Positions 9,375 to 19,062 of a stretch of 64,000 nt of DNA are shown here, one piece after another. Both the position numbers and the translations under genes were made by a program. This stretch comes from Taishania pollutisoli (GTDB lineage Bacteria; Bacteroidota; Bacteroidia; Flavobacteriales_D; Crocinitomicaceae): NCBI GenBank assembly GCA_040394775.1, contig JBEBRN010000002.1, positions 10,486 through 74,485 of the forward strand, written 5' to 3'. The notes beneath the pieces are model-generated. The model saw only the letters and a program-made list of their open reading frames with translations, was not told the DNA's origin and searched no databases. Numbering within the stretch: position 1 is the first letter of the stretch; every line of letters begins with the position of its first letter.

Positions 9375-10412
9375 TTATTTCAGATTTTCTAAAATGAGTT
9401 GAGTATTGTTTTGTGGATTTGTATCGGGTAGTTCGATTTCTAAAAATGCGGGTTGAAACAACGTGCTTTTATCATAAAAACGGTCGTAGTAAATCAGTAA
9501 TATTTCAAAAGCACTTTTCAAGTCTCCTTCTTCTACAAATGCAATTGCCCGCTGTGTTTCCAAACCTCCAAGACGCTTATGAATGCGCTCTATGGCATGA
9601 ATGATTTCTTCATTGTCGTAAACGCCATATTCTTCTGTAATATAATCGAGCCGTTTTTCAAAGGGAACAATAATATTTACCCGTGGCGCTACTTTCATTT
9701 GATTGAAAAAATCAATATTTATGTTAATGTTACCAATGCGACTACTTTCACTTTCAATCCAAATTTCGGGACTTTTAAAGTCATGCGTCGCAATAAAGTA
9801 AAGTTGTAATGCTAATTTATTTTCGAAGAACTCATTGCTACATTGTGATATCAATTCTAAATTTCCAAAAGCAGAACCTTTGTGACCAGCCATTCCTTCC
9901 AAGTCAATAACGGGATAATTTTGTTTCTCTAATTCGTATAGAATTTCGGTTTTTCCACTTCCTGTATGACCGCTTAAAATTCTCAAATTCCAAGGTGAGG
10001 TCATTTGACTTAATACCCAGTTCCGAAAAACTTTGTAACCGCCTTCTAACTGATACACTTTAAAACCGTACAAATCCAATAGCCAAGCAATAGCGGAACT
10101 TCTCATGCCACCTCGCCAACAATGAACAATCACCGTTTTGGAATCGCGTTTTTTTAATTCACTTTCCACTTGTTCGACGATTGCTTTCATCTTTACGCCA
10201 TAGAAATCCAAGCCAATTTTAATCGCTTTTTCACGACTTCTTTGCTTATATGTTGTTCCTACTATTACTCTTTCTTCGTCGTCAAATAGTGGGACAGAAA
10301 GGGCGCCTGGAAAATGGGCGTGCTGAAATTCTGAAGGACTACGGACGTCGACAACAAGATGCTCTAGTGATAATTTTATAAATTGATCAATTAGAATTCG
10401 TTCGACTGCCAT
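9375..10412 (-). CDS. selU: tRNA 2-selenouridine synthase
   Basis: Rhodanese active-site loop HCWRGGMRS followed by the Walker A motif GHTGSGKT. It lies immediately upstream of selD with a 1-nt gap. Confidence 0.92.
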   Translation of the reverse strand: MAVERILIDQFIKLSLEHLVVDVRSPSEFQHAHFPGALSVPLFDDEERVIVGTTYKQRSREKAIKIGLDFYGVKMKAIVEQVESELKKRDSKTVIVHCWRGGMRSSAIAWLLDLYGFKVYQLEGGYKVFRNWVLSQMTSPWNLRILSGHTGSGKTEILYELEKQNYPVIDLEGMAGHKGSAFGNLELISQCSNEFFENKLALQLYFIATHDFKSPEIWIESESSRIGNININIDFFNQMKVAPRVNIIVPFEKRLDYITEEYGVYDNEEIIHAIERIHKRLGGLETQRAIAFVEEGDLKSAFEILLIYYDRFYDKSTLFQPAFLEIELPDTNPQNNTQLILENLK

Positions 10413-10435
10413 GGTACAAAGCTACGTATTTTGAT

Positions 10436-10466
10436 AAAAAAAGAGAGGTTGTCGCCTCTCTTTTTT
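10436..10466 (-). terminator. Rho-independent terminator after nrdA
   Basis: AAAAAGAGAGG-ttgtcg-CCTCTCTTTTT. On the minus strand the stem is followed by a T run, 24 nt after the nrdA stop. Confidence 0.75.
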
Positions 10467-10489
10467 CGTTTTATATTTTGAATGATTTT

Positions 10490-12178
10490 TTAAGCTTCAC
10501 AACTGGAGCAACTAACGACATTCACCGCCATTTCTTTCGAAACACTTTGACTGCGTTGGTAGTACAATGTTTTTACACCTAATTTCCACGCTTCAATAAT
10601 CAAGCGATTCACTTCTTTAATGGCTATTCCAGATGGAATATTAATGTTCAAACTTTGTGCTTGATCCACATATTTCTGACGAATAGATGCTTGTTGGATA
10701 ATCTCCAATTGACTGATTTCCTTGAAAGTCTTAAAAACGGCTTTTTCTTCCTCTGTCAATTCTTCTAAATGCTGCACACTTCCTTGGTTCAACATGATGC
10801 TTCTCCAAGTATCCTCGTTGTCAATGCCTTTTTGCTCTAACAGTTTTCTCAAATATTTATTCTTACGGATAAAGTTTCCTTTTGCTAATCCCGCTTTGAA
10901 ATAGTTAGAAGAGAAAGGTTCAATTCCTGGAGAAGTTTGACCTAAAATCGCTGAAGAGGAAGTAGTTGGCGCAATTGCCATCGTAGTAGTATTTCTTCTT
11001 CCGTATCCTTTCAATATTTCTGGTTCGCCATAAATCATCGCTAATTCTTGCGTTGCCTTATCCGCTTTCGCTTGTATGTGTTGGAAAATCTCAGTTGTCT
11101 TTTGCTTTGCTTCCAATCCTTCAAACGGAATCATGTGACGTTGAAGATACGAATGCCATCCTAAAACACCTAATCCCAATGCACGGTGACGTTTTGCAAA
11201 TCGATTGGCAGAAGCTAAATAATAGTTTCCTTCTGTTTTCTCAATGAATTCTTGTAAAACAGCATCCAAAAAGAAGATGGCTAATTTCACCGCTTCTGTA
11301 TCTTTCCACTCGTCGTATAATTCAATGTTCATTGACGATAAACAGCAGATAAACGATTCATCTATCGAAGATGGAAGCATAATCTCAGAACACAAATTAC
11401 TGGCGTTGATGACCAAGTTCTTGTCTTTATAAACTTGTGGCTTATTTCTATTGACGTTATCAGAAAAGAATATATACGGTAATCCTTTTTGCTGACGACT
11501 TTCCAATACTTTCGCCCATAATGCACGTTTTTCTCTATCACCATCAATCATTTCTTGCATCCAATAATCAGGAACGCAAACGGCGGTAAATAAGTTTTGA
11601 ATTGGATTTCCAATATCTTTTATTTGTAAAAACTCTTCGCAATCTGGATGGTCAATATCTAAGTAAGCAGCAAAAGCACCACGACGAACACCTCCTTGAG
11701 AAATAGTATCCATGGCGGTGTCGAAAAGTTTCATAAAACTCACTGCACCACTACTTTTTCCATTATCGGTAACCGCTCTTCCTCGTGCTCTCAGTTCACC
11801 AAAATAACCAGAAGTTCCACCTCCGATTTTGGTTTGCATAATTACTTCACCTAATTTATGCGTAATCGATTCGATACTATCTGGAACATGAACGTTGAAA
11901 CACGAAATCGGCAATCCTCTTTCCGTACCCATGTTTGCCCAAATCGGCGAACTTAAACTCATCCAACCACGTTCTACCATTTCGATAAACGCTTCTTTTA
12001 ATTCAGGCTTATACAAACGTCTTGCAGCAGCTCCAGCCACACGATCGATAGCTCCTTCAACAGATTCTCCTTTTAAAAGGTATCCTCTGTTCAATATTTG
12101 CTCGCTTTCTTCATTCTTCCACCACAATCTTTCCATTGTTTCGCCGGTGTTCATATTGTTGTTTAGGTTATTATCCAT
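10490..12178 (-). CDS. nrdA: Ribonucleoside-diphosphate reductase alpha subunit, short form without ATP-cone
   Basis: Catalytic ASNLCSEIMLP motif and C-terminal redox tail VSCSSCEA. It is only 562 aa, and the N-terminus goes straight into the core with no ATP-cone. Confidence 0.93.
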   Translation of the reverse strand: MDNNLNNNMNTGETMERLWWKNEESEQILNRGYLLKGESVEGAIDRVAGAAARRLYKPELKEAFIEMVERGWMSLSSPIWANMGTERGLPISCFNVHVPDSIESITHKLGEVIMQTKIGGGTSGYFGELRARGRAVTDNGKSSGAVSFMKLFDTAMDTISQGGVRRGAFAAYLDIDHPDCEEFLQIKDIGNPIQNLFTAVCVPDYWMQEMIDGDREKRALWAKVLESRQQKGLPYIFFSDNVNRNKPQVYKDKNLVINASNLCSEIMLPSSIDESFICCLSSMNIELYDEWKDTEAVKLAIFFLDAVLQEFIEKTEGNYYLASANRFAKRHRALGLGVLGWHSYLQRHMIPFEGLEAKQKTTEIFQHIQAKADKATQELAMIYGEPEILKGYGRRNTTTMAIAPTTSSSAILGQTSPGIEPFSSNYFKAGLAKGNFIRKNKYLRKLLEQKGIDNEDTWRSIMLNQGSVQHLEELTEEEKAVFKTFKEISQLEIIQQASIRQKYVDQAQSLNINIPSGIAIKEVNRLIIEAWKLGVKTLYYQRSQSVSKEMAVNVVSCSSCEA

Positions 12179-12204
12179 TTCGTATTAATAGAGTTTTAGG
12201 TTCG

Positions 12205-13158
12205 TTAAAATAAGTCGTCTGCTGTAATGCTCTTGTCGTGCTTTGTATAAGCTGTTGGTCTTTTAGCAAAGAAGTCGTCTAGTTCATTTGCGAAGACATC
12301 CTCGTCAAACCACATCATTTTTTTGTATTGCTCGTCGGTGATTTCAAATAATTTATCCATGCCGATTTTAGCAAGCGATTCATCCACACGGTACTTCATG
12401 AAGTTTAGCATATCTTCTTTGGTAAAGAAAGATAATTCTCCTTCTTCATAAATCCAATCTAGCAATTCAGATTCGTATTTGATGTATTCAAAAATTTGAC
12501 TACGCATATCCAATTTCATTTCTGGCGTAACAAATCCTTCTTCTTCTAATTTATTCAATAAATAGATTCCAGCATTCGCATGTGTTTGTTCATCGATTGA
12601 TGTCCATGCAATGATATTGGATGTATTTTTCAAGAATCCTTTGAAGCGCGTAAACGATAAAATGTTGGCGAATTGGGAGAATAACGATGCGTTTTCAATA
12701 ACAATCGTGAAGAATAATAGCTTAGAAACGATGTCATTATTTGTAAATAGACTATTTTCAATTAAATCTAATTTTTTCTTGAAAACAGGGATTTCTAATA
12801 ATTTTTCAAATTCATCATTATATCCCAAGACTTCTAATAAACGAGAATAAGCTTCAGAATGACGGAATTCACATTCTGCAAAAGTAGCTCCTAAACCATT
12901 TATTTCAGGTTTCGGGAAGTATTTATACAAATCTCCCCAGAACGTTTTTACACCGACCTCTACTTGCGCAATACTTAGTAGTGAACGTTTTACCACTTCT
13001 TGTTCAACAGGCGTTAAACTACTCTTGAAATCTTGAATGTCTGCCGTGAAATCAATTTCATTGTGCACCCAAAATGATTTGTTTATTGCTTCTATAAACT
13101 GTAACACTTCCGGATACTCGAAAGGCTTATAATTTCTTCTTTTATCAAAAATACTCAT
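12205..13158 (-). CDS. nrdB: Ribonucleoside-diphosphate reductase beta subunit
   Basis: Ferritin-like metal ligands ECEFRH and DEQTH, with Tyr four residues after the first His (RHSEAY). C-terminal acidic tail ADDLF. Confidence 0.93.
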   Translation of the reverse strand: MSIFDKRRNYKPFEYPEVLQFIEAINKSFWVHNEIDFTADIQDFKSSLTPVEQEVVKRSLLSIAQVEVGVKTFWGDLYKYFPKPEINGLGATFAECEFRHSEAYSRLLEVLGYNDEFEKLLEIPVFKKKLDLIENSLFTNNDIVSKLLFFTIVIENASLFSQFANILSFTRFKGFLKNTSNIIAWTSIDEQTHANAGIYLLNKLEEEGFVTPEMKLDMRSQIFEYIKYESELLDWIYEEGELSFFTKEDMLNFMKYRVDESLAKIGMDKLFEITDEQYKKMMWFDEDVFANELDDFFAKRPTAYTKHDKSITADDLF

Positions 13159-13731
13159 CCTTATAATTATTAAATAGTTATTTCTCGTACATCATAAAAC
13201 AGAAAATAGAATAGAAAATAAAGTCATTGAACATCAGGTAATTTTATTTCTGATATTGAATTGTGTATTATTTCTTTTTTTAGCTATTTAGCTGTTTAGG
13301 TTTTGGTGTAATTGAAGCTTCTATTTTAAAGCTGTAATCACATCGACAAATATACATTTTGTTTTTACATATTTTTAAAAGTTAACAAGTTTTGTCGGTT
13401 AATCTTATGATATACAGATAAATAATATTTATCAACAGTCAAAAAGTTGACAATTCTTGATAAATATAATATTTTGGTATTGCAAAATCCAATCCTATAA
13501 AAAGAGAAATTTCTTCATCCAATTTTAACCTTGAAATTCCTACTGTTAAGGAACTATTATGAGCATTTTAATTCAAGTTTTTATATCTAAACTTCTTCGA
13601 TTAATAGAAAGCTAAGGGTACTATTTCGTTGATTTTTAGATTTTTTTGTCGTAAACCTAGGTAATCTATTGCCTTTATGATTGTGCGCATATGAAAAGCA
13701 ATCATTTTTCTGTATATTTGTTTTTTCTAAA

Positions 13732-14691
13732 ATGAAATTAACTATGGAAAAATCACTCGAACAAAAGCTAGAGGAGTTTCAACAAAAAATTGATGCCGAA
13801 TTAAAGATAGAACCGACGGATTGGATGCCGGATAATTATCGTAAGACATTGATTCGTCAAATTTCACAACATGCACACTCAGAAGTGGTTGGAATGTTAC
13901 CGGAAGGTAATTGGATAACAAGAGCTCCAAACTTACGCCGTAAAGCTATATTGCTAGCAAAGGTTCAAGACGAAGCTGGTCATGGTCTTTATTTGTATTC
14001 TGCTACAGAAACATTAGGTGCTGATAGAGAAGATACAATTGATGACTTACACTCTGGAAAAGCAAAATATTCATCTATCTTCAACTATCCTACTATAACT
14101 TGGGCAGATATGGGAGCTATTGGATGGTTGGTCGATGGCGCGGCAATTATAAATCAAGTTCCACTATGTCGTTGTTCTTACGGACCGTATGCTCGTGCTA
14201 TGGTGAGGGTGTGTAAAGAAGAGTCTTTCCACCAACGTCAAGGATTTGAGATAATGGCGCATTTGGCTCAAGGTACTCCGGAACAAAAAGCGATGGCACA
14301 AGACGCTTTAAATAGATGGTGGTGGCCATCATTGATGATGTTTGGACCTTCAGATCATAATTCGCCGAACTCAGCTCAATCAATGAAATGGAAAATCAAA
14401 CGTAATTCTAATGATGATTTACGTCAGCAGTTTGTGGATAATACAGCACCTCAAGCAGAAGCAATTGGACTCGTTCTTCCAGACAAAGATTTGAAATGGA
14501 ATGAAACAACACAACATTATGATTTCGGTGAAATAAACTGGGATGAATTTAATAATGTTGTTGCAGGAAATGGTCCTTGTAATAAAGAGCGTATAACTGC
14601 AAGACGCAAAGCAAAAGAAGAAGGAATGTGGGTTCGCGAAGCGGCACTAGCATTTGCTGAAAAGAAAAAAATGGAAAAAGAAATAGCTTAA
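13732..14691 (+). CDS. paaA: 1,2-phenylacetyl-CoA epoxidase subunit A
   Basis: Diiron motifs [11 protein letters not shown] and [11 protein letters not shown] prefer ATG 13732 over the track's TTG at 13681. A TATATTTG -7-like box sits at 13713-13720. Confidence 0.92.
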   Translation: MKLTMEKSLEQKLEEFQQKIDAELKIEPTDWMPDNYRKTLIRQISQHAHSEVVGMLPEGNWITRAPNLRRKAILLAKVQDEAGHGLYLYSATETLGADREDTIDDLHSGKAKYSSIFNYPTITWADMGAIGWLVDGAAIINQVPLCRCSYGPYARAMVRVCKEESFHQRQGFEIMAHLAQGTPEQKAMAQDALNRWWWPSLMMFGPSDHNSPNSAQSMKWKIKRNSNDDLRQQFVDNTAPQAEAIGLVLPDKDLKWNETTQHYDFGEINWDEFNNVVAGNGPCNKERITARRKAKEEGMWVREAALAFAEKKKMEKEIA

Positions 14692-14702
14692 AACAAGAAA
14701 TT

Positions 14703-14990
14703 ATGAGTAATACTAATTGGCCTTTATTTGAGATTTTCATCAGAAGTAAAAATGGTTTAAATCACAAGCATGTAGGTAGTTTACGTGCAGCAGACTCACA
14801 CATGGCAGTTCAAAATGCCCGTGATGTTTATACAAGAAGAGGAGAAGGGACGAGTATTTGGGCGGTAGAATCAAATTTAATTGCGGCTTCCGATCCAGAT
14901 GAAGCGGATGAATTATATGAACCAGCTTTAACTAAACCGTACAGACATCCTACTTTTTACACCGTTCCAGACGGAATTAAACACATGTAA
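14703..14990 (+). CDS. paaB: 1,2-phenylacetyl-CoA epoxidase subunit B
   Basis: 95-aa protein in the conserved position between paaA and paaC. The sequence WPLFEIFIRSKNGLNHKHVGSL..ARDVYTRRGEG is PaaB-like. Confidence 0.88.
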   Translation: MSNTNWPLFEIFIRSKNGLNHKHVGSLRAADSHMAVQNARDVYTRRGEGTSIWAVESNLIAASDPDEADELYEPALTKPYRHPTFYTVPDGIKHM

Positions 14991-14996
14991 TATTGA

Positions 14997-15761
14997 ATGA
15001 CAATGGAAAATAAAAATTCGCTTTTAGCATATACACTACGAATTGCTGATGACAGCTTAATCCTCGGTCAACGTCTTGGAGAATGGTGTGGTCACGGTCC
15101 GATTTTAGAAGAAGATATTGCATTGACAAATATTGCTTTAGACTTTGTTGGACAAGCTACCAATTTATTTGAATACGCCGCTGTAGTTGCTAATGATGGT
15201 CGTTCATCAGATGATTTAGCTTTTTTACGTTTAGAGCATCAGTATACGAACGTTTTATTAGTAGAGCAACCGAATGGTCATTTTGGAGATACAATTGCTC
15301 GTCAATTTCTTTTTGATGCTTTTCGAAAATTGTACTTTGAGAAATTGATTCATTCAAAAGATGAACAATTGTCAGCAATAGCAGCAAAGTCTTTGATGGA
15401 GACGAAATACCATACGAAGCATTCTTCTGAATGGCTAATTCGTTTGGGTGACGGCACTGAACTTTCTCATGATAGAATTCAGGAATCCATCAACGACTTA
15501 TGGAAATTCACGGATGAATTATTCTATATGGACGAAATTGATCGGGAGTTAATTGAAAAAGGAATTGCCGTAGATTTAGAAACATTACGTAAACCATGGT
15601 TGGAATACGTAGAAATGGTTCTAGGTGAAGCAAAATTGAATAAACCAGATTCTAAATGGATTTTTAACCTAGGAAGAAACGGTGTTCATACCGATCACAT
15701 GGGTTATGTACTAACTGAAATGCAGTACATGCAACGTGCTTATCCTGGAATGGAATGGTAA
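14997..15761 (+). CDS. paaC: 1,2-phenylacetyl-CoA epoxidase subunit C
   Basis: 254-aa ferritin-like protein (LRIADDSLILGQRLGEWCGHGPILEEDIALTNIALD) in the paaABCD order. Confidence 0.88.
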   Translation: MTMENKNSLLAYTLRIADDSLILGQRLGEWCGHGPILEEDIALTNIALDFVGQATNLFEYAAVVANDGRSSDDLAFLRLEHQYTNVLLVEQPNGHFGDTIARQFLFDAFRKLYFEKLIHSKDEQLSAIAAKSLMETKYHTKHSSEWLIRLGDGTELSHDRIQESINDLWKFTDELFYMDEIDRELIEKGIAVDLETLRKPWLEYVEMVLGEAKLNKPDSKWIFNLGRNGVHTDHMGYVLTEMQYMQRAYPGMEW

Positions 15762-16246
15762 CAACAATTGATAATAAATACATTTGGCAAAAACTGGAAG
15801 AAGTCAGTGATCCTGAAATTCCAGTTTTGTCAGTTGTAGCTTTAGGTGTCGTACGCGACGTTCAACAAGACGATAGTACAATTACTGTCACTATAACTCC
15901 TACGTATAGCGGTTGTCCTGCTATGAAGGTTATGGAGTACAACATTAGAATAGCACTTGCTGGACTAGGGAAAAAAATCGATGTGATCACGGTACTTTCG
16001 CCAGCTTGGACGACGGACTGGATGACAGAAGATGGTAAACAAAAACTCCGTGATTACGGTATTGCACCACCCGAAGAGGAAATAGATAAAAATGTCCTTT
16101 TCGGAAGAAAAACAATCGTTCCTTGTCCAAAATGTGGATCAAAAGATACGAAATTGATAAGTCAGTTTGGAAGTACGGCTTGTAAAGCACACTACCAATG
16201 TAATGATTGTCTAGAGCCGTTTGATTACTTCAAATGTCATAGATAA
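15755..16246 (+). CDS. paaD: Phenylacetate-CoA oxygenase subunit PaaD
   Basis: DUF59/SUF-like N-domain (VSDPEIPVLSVVALGVV, TPTYSGCPAM) plus a C-terminal 4-Cys ribbon CPKCGS...CNDC. It overlaps paaC by 7 nt. Confidence 0.88.
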   Translation: MVTTIDNKYIWQKLEEVSDPEIPVLSVVALGVVRDVQQDDSTITVTITPTYSGCPAMKVMEYNIRIALAGLGKKIDVITVLSPAWTTDWMTEDGKQKLRDYGIAPPEEEIDKNVLFGRKTIVPCPKCGSKDTKLISQFGSTACKAHYQCNDCLEPFDYFKCHR

Positions 16247-16302
16247 GAAGATTTCCAGTTATAAATTATAAGAGATCCTTCAACTATTCGTGAAATGAAT
16301 TT

Positions 16303-16959
16303 CTATTTCACCTTAATCGTATTCTTCAACACCTGTGTGTTTTCGGCTAAATTAAAAGCACTTGTTTTAAGCATTAACGCATGCTGGTCGGCCGATAGTT
16401 TAGAAAGTTCGTTGGTGTATTCAATAATAGGGTCTTGAAAACGAGTAATAGAGACATATGAGCCTGTTTTAAGATTTTCGATATCTTCTGCCTTTAAACG
16501 ATTTAACTGTGTGGCAGGAATCTTTATATTATTCCTCACCAAGGTATTGTCTTCCCACTTTATCCAATCAAAATCGAAATTAACCCATGCGTTATTTTCT
16601 TCACTTAGAATTTCTTTTAACGCTAACTCTAACTCCTCAATGTTTGAAAATTCTATCGTGAATTTAAATATAAAGTCTTCTAAGTTTTTGGAGACGGAGA
16701 CGGTTTTAATCCCTTCTTTTTGACGTATTTTCTCCGCATATATGTCTATCTTTTCCGTTATTTCGTTTAGTTTCGGCACACGTTGACCATTTAAACTATC
16801 TAGTGCTAGAATTGAGTTCACCTTCAATTTGCTTTTACTAAGATTAATGGAGAGCTTTAAAACACCACTTCCATCTCTATTAATAGTCAAGTCGTCGATT
16901 AAGTCAATACAAGAGGATAAAAGAAAAAAAGGAAGAATTAGAAGGAAGAATTTTTTCAT
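16303..16959 (-). CDS. Hypothetical lipoprotein
   Basis: MKKFFLLILPFFLLSSC is a lipobox-type signal. I prefer the start at 16959, 1 nt after the ldcA stop. I recognise no family. Confidence 0.7.
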   Translation of the reverse strand: MKKFFLLILPFFLLSSCIDLIDDLTINRDGSGVLKLSINLSKSKLKVNSILALDSLNGQRVPKLNEITEKIDIYAEKIRQKEGIKTVSVSKNLEDFIFKFTIEFSNIEELELALKEILSEENNAWVNFDFDWIKWEDNTLVRNNIKIPATQLNRLKAEDIENLKTGSYVSITRFQDPIIEYTNELSKLSADQHALMLKTSAFNLAENTQVLKNTIKVK

Positions 16960-16960
16960 T

Positions 16961-17854
16961 TCAAATCGTTTTAATAGAAACACTATCGTCTGTTATTATC
17001 ATTTCTGTTTCTATACCCAAAATTAACGCCAAATTTTCATTTTGATGTCCTGCAGGAAAATCAAAACACACAGGAATGTCTTTATAACGAAGATGAGCAG
17101 ATATTATTTCGTAAAAACTTTGGCCAAAACCAGGTTCAGAATCACGTAATTGTGTCATTCCTCCAACGACAAGTCCACTAATCTGATCTAAAATTCCTGA
17201 TTTTTCTAAAGAATAAAACATTCTATCAATCGAATAAAGTGGTTCTCCAACATCTTCGATAAAAAGTATTTTACCCAAATAGTCGGGTTGAAGGTTCGTT
17301 CCAATTAGGCTATGTAAAATAGACAGATTTCCACCGATTATCTTACCAGAGGCCATTCCTTTTTTATTGTAATGACTAGACGGGATATTGTAATTAAATT
17401 GATCGTTTGTTATACAATGAATCAATGACTCGAGTGAAGAAGCCGTTCCCGTTTGAAAATCCAATGGCATCGTTGCATGTAAACTAGGAACTTCCCATTT
17501 GTCCAAAAACTGATGAAATACAGTCACATCTGAAAAGCCAATGATCCATTTAGGGTGTTGTAATTGTACTGCCCAATCAATTCTATCTAGCATGCGAATA
17601 CAACCATAACCTCCTCGAGCACATAGAATAGCCTTCACTTCGGGATTATCTAATGCTTTTTGAAAATCACTCGCGCGAACGTTGTCCTCGCCTGAAAAAT
17701 AATGAAAACTATCCGCTACATGTTCTCCTAGGATAACTTGAAAACCTGCTGACTCCAATTGCTTTTTTGCAAAGACTATTTTTTCTGCATCAATTGCTTT
17801 TGCCGGCGAAACAATCGCTATAATATCGCCTGCTTGGAGTGGAGGTAATTTCAC
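16961..17854 (-). CDS. ldcA: LD-carboxypeptidase (peptidase S66)
   Basis: The N-terminus LQAGDIIAIVSPA, GFSDVT (nucleophile Ser) and a C-terminal FPAGH motif are typical of S66 muramoyltetrapeptide carboxypeptidases. Confidence 0.85.
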   Translation of the reverse strand: MKLPPLQAGDIIAIVSPAKAIDAEKIVFAKKQLESAGFQVILGEHVADSFHYFSGEDNVRASDFQKALDNPEVKAILCARGGYGCIRMLDRIDWAVQLQHPKWIIGFSDVTVFHQFLDKWEVPSLHATMPLDFQTGTASSLESLIHCITNDQFNYNIPSSHYNKKGMASGKIIGGNLSILHSLIGTNLQPDYLGKILFIEDVGEPLYSIDRMFYSLEKSGILDQISGLVVGGMTQLRDSEPGFGQSFYEIISAHLRYKDIPVCFDFPAGHQNENLALILGIETEMIITDDSVSIKTI

Positions 17855-17882
17855 GTTTAATTTTTTAGTAAAAATAACGATT

Positions 17883-18962
17883 TTACTGTGAAATTAACTT
17901 TTTCGTTTTCTCATCCAATTCCATGGTTAATGATTTTAAGAAGACCACAATACTGTTGACCTCTTCCTCGTTTAAATCCTTACCGTTTTGTAATTTCCCC
18001 ATGATTCTTACGGCATCATCTAAATCATCAACAGAACCATCGTGGAAGTATGGATAGGTCATAGCAACGTTACGTAAACTAGGCACTTTGAAAAAATATT
18101 TATCACTTTCGTTTTTTGTTTCATCATAACGACCAAAATCAATTTTCTTACTCTTAGTCAATTCCCAATAGTCGCCAAATAAACCAAACTTTTGAAGCAT
18201 TCCACCACCAAAAGCAATTCCGCTATGACAGGTAATACAACCGCTTTCCATGAATGTTTTTAATCCTTTCTTTTCTTCTGTTGTCAATGCTTCTTTGTCA
18301 CCGTCTAACCATTTGTCAAATCGACTCGGTGGATTTAACTGACGCTCATAAGCACCGATAGCTTTGGTGATATTATCAAATGTAATCGGCTGTGCGATGC
18401 CAGGATAAACTTTTGCAAAAAGGGCCTTATATTCGTTGACACCTCTTAAGCGATTTTCTAAAAATTCTTTTGTAGGGATGTTGTGTTCCACTGGGTTTAA
18501 GATTGGTCCACCTGCTTGTTCTTCGACATCTTTCGCACGACCATCCCAGAAGCTCATTGCATGTAACGAAGAGTAATATGCTGAAGGTGAATTTCGACCA
18601 CCTAATTCACGGGTGTCACCTGGAGAAAAAGCAAGATTGTCAACGCCATATTTATCTAATTGATGACAAGAGGCACAACTAATCGTTTGATCTTTTGATA
18701 AACGGTTGTCGAAGTATAATTTTTTTCCAAGTTCAATCATGTCTTCGCTCGTTGCATCAGCAGGTAAAGACGAAATAGATCCAAAGATAGTTCCAGCTTG
18801 AGAAAATAATTCATTTTCTTCCTCAGCTGTCAATGCTGTAATGTCACTTAATGTGGCATCTTTTTTATCTGTATCACTGTTTTTACATGAAAGTAAAGTG
18901 ATTCCTAAAATAAGTCCTAAAAGGATAATAGTACTTGGAAAAATGGTGTTTATTCTTTTCAT
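17883..18962 (-). CDS. Di-haem cytochrome c peroxidase (CCP/MauG family)
   Basis: Two haem c motifs, CASCH and CITCH, plus FKVPSLRNVAMTYPYFHDGS and a signal peptide. Confidence 0.92.
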   Translation of the reverse strand: MKRINTIFPSTIILLGLILGITLLSCKNSDTDKKDATLSDITALTAEEENELFSQAGTIFGSISSLPADATSEDMIELGKKLYFDNRLSKDQTISCASCHQLDKYGVDNLAFSPGDTRELGGRNSPSAYYSSLHAMSFWDGRAKDVEEQAGGPILNPVEHNIPTKEFLENRLRGVNEYKALFAKVYPGIAQPITFDNITKAIGAYERQLNPPSRFDKWLDGDKEALTTEEKKGLKTFMESGCITCHSGIAFGGGMLQKFGLFGDYWELTKSKKIDFGRYDETKNESDKYFFKVPSLRNVAMTYPYFHDGSVDDLDDAVRIMGKLQNGKDLNEEEVNSIVVFLKSLTMELDEKTKKLISQ

Positions 18963-19062
18963 GAGTGAATAATTTAATGTTGTTACAATCTTCTACAAAG
19001 ATATTGATTTTTCGGGAGTTGGGCAATACCATATTAAGGTTATACTTCGTTATAAAGGATGT

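Noticed and set aside
13559-13615. 18-codon ORF (MSILIQVFISKLLRLIES) upstream of paaA.
   Set aside because: It is too short and has no supporting context. It is probably a chance ORF in the AT-rich spacer.
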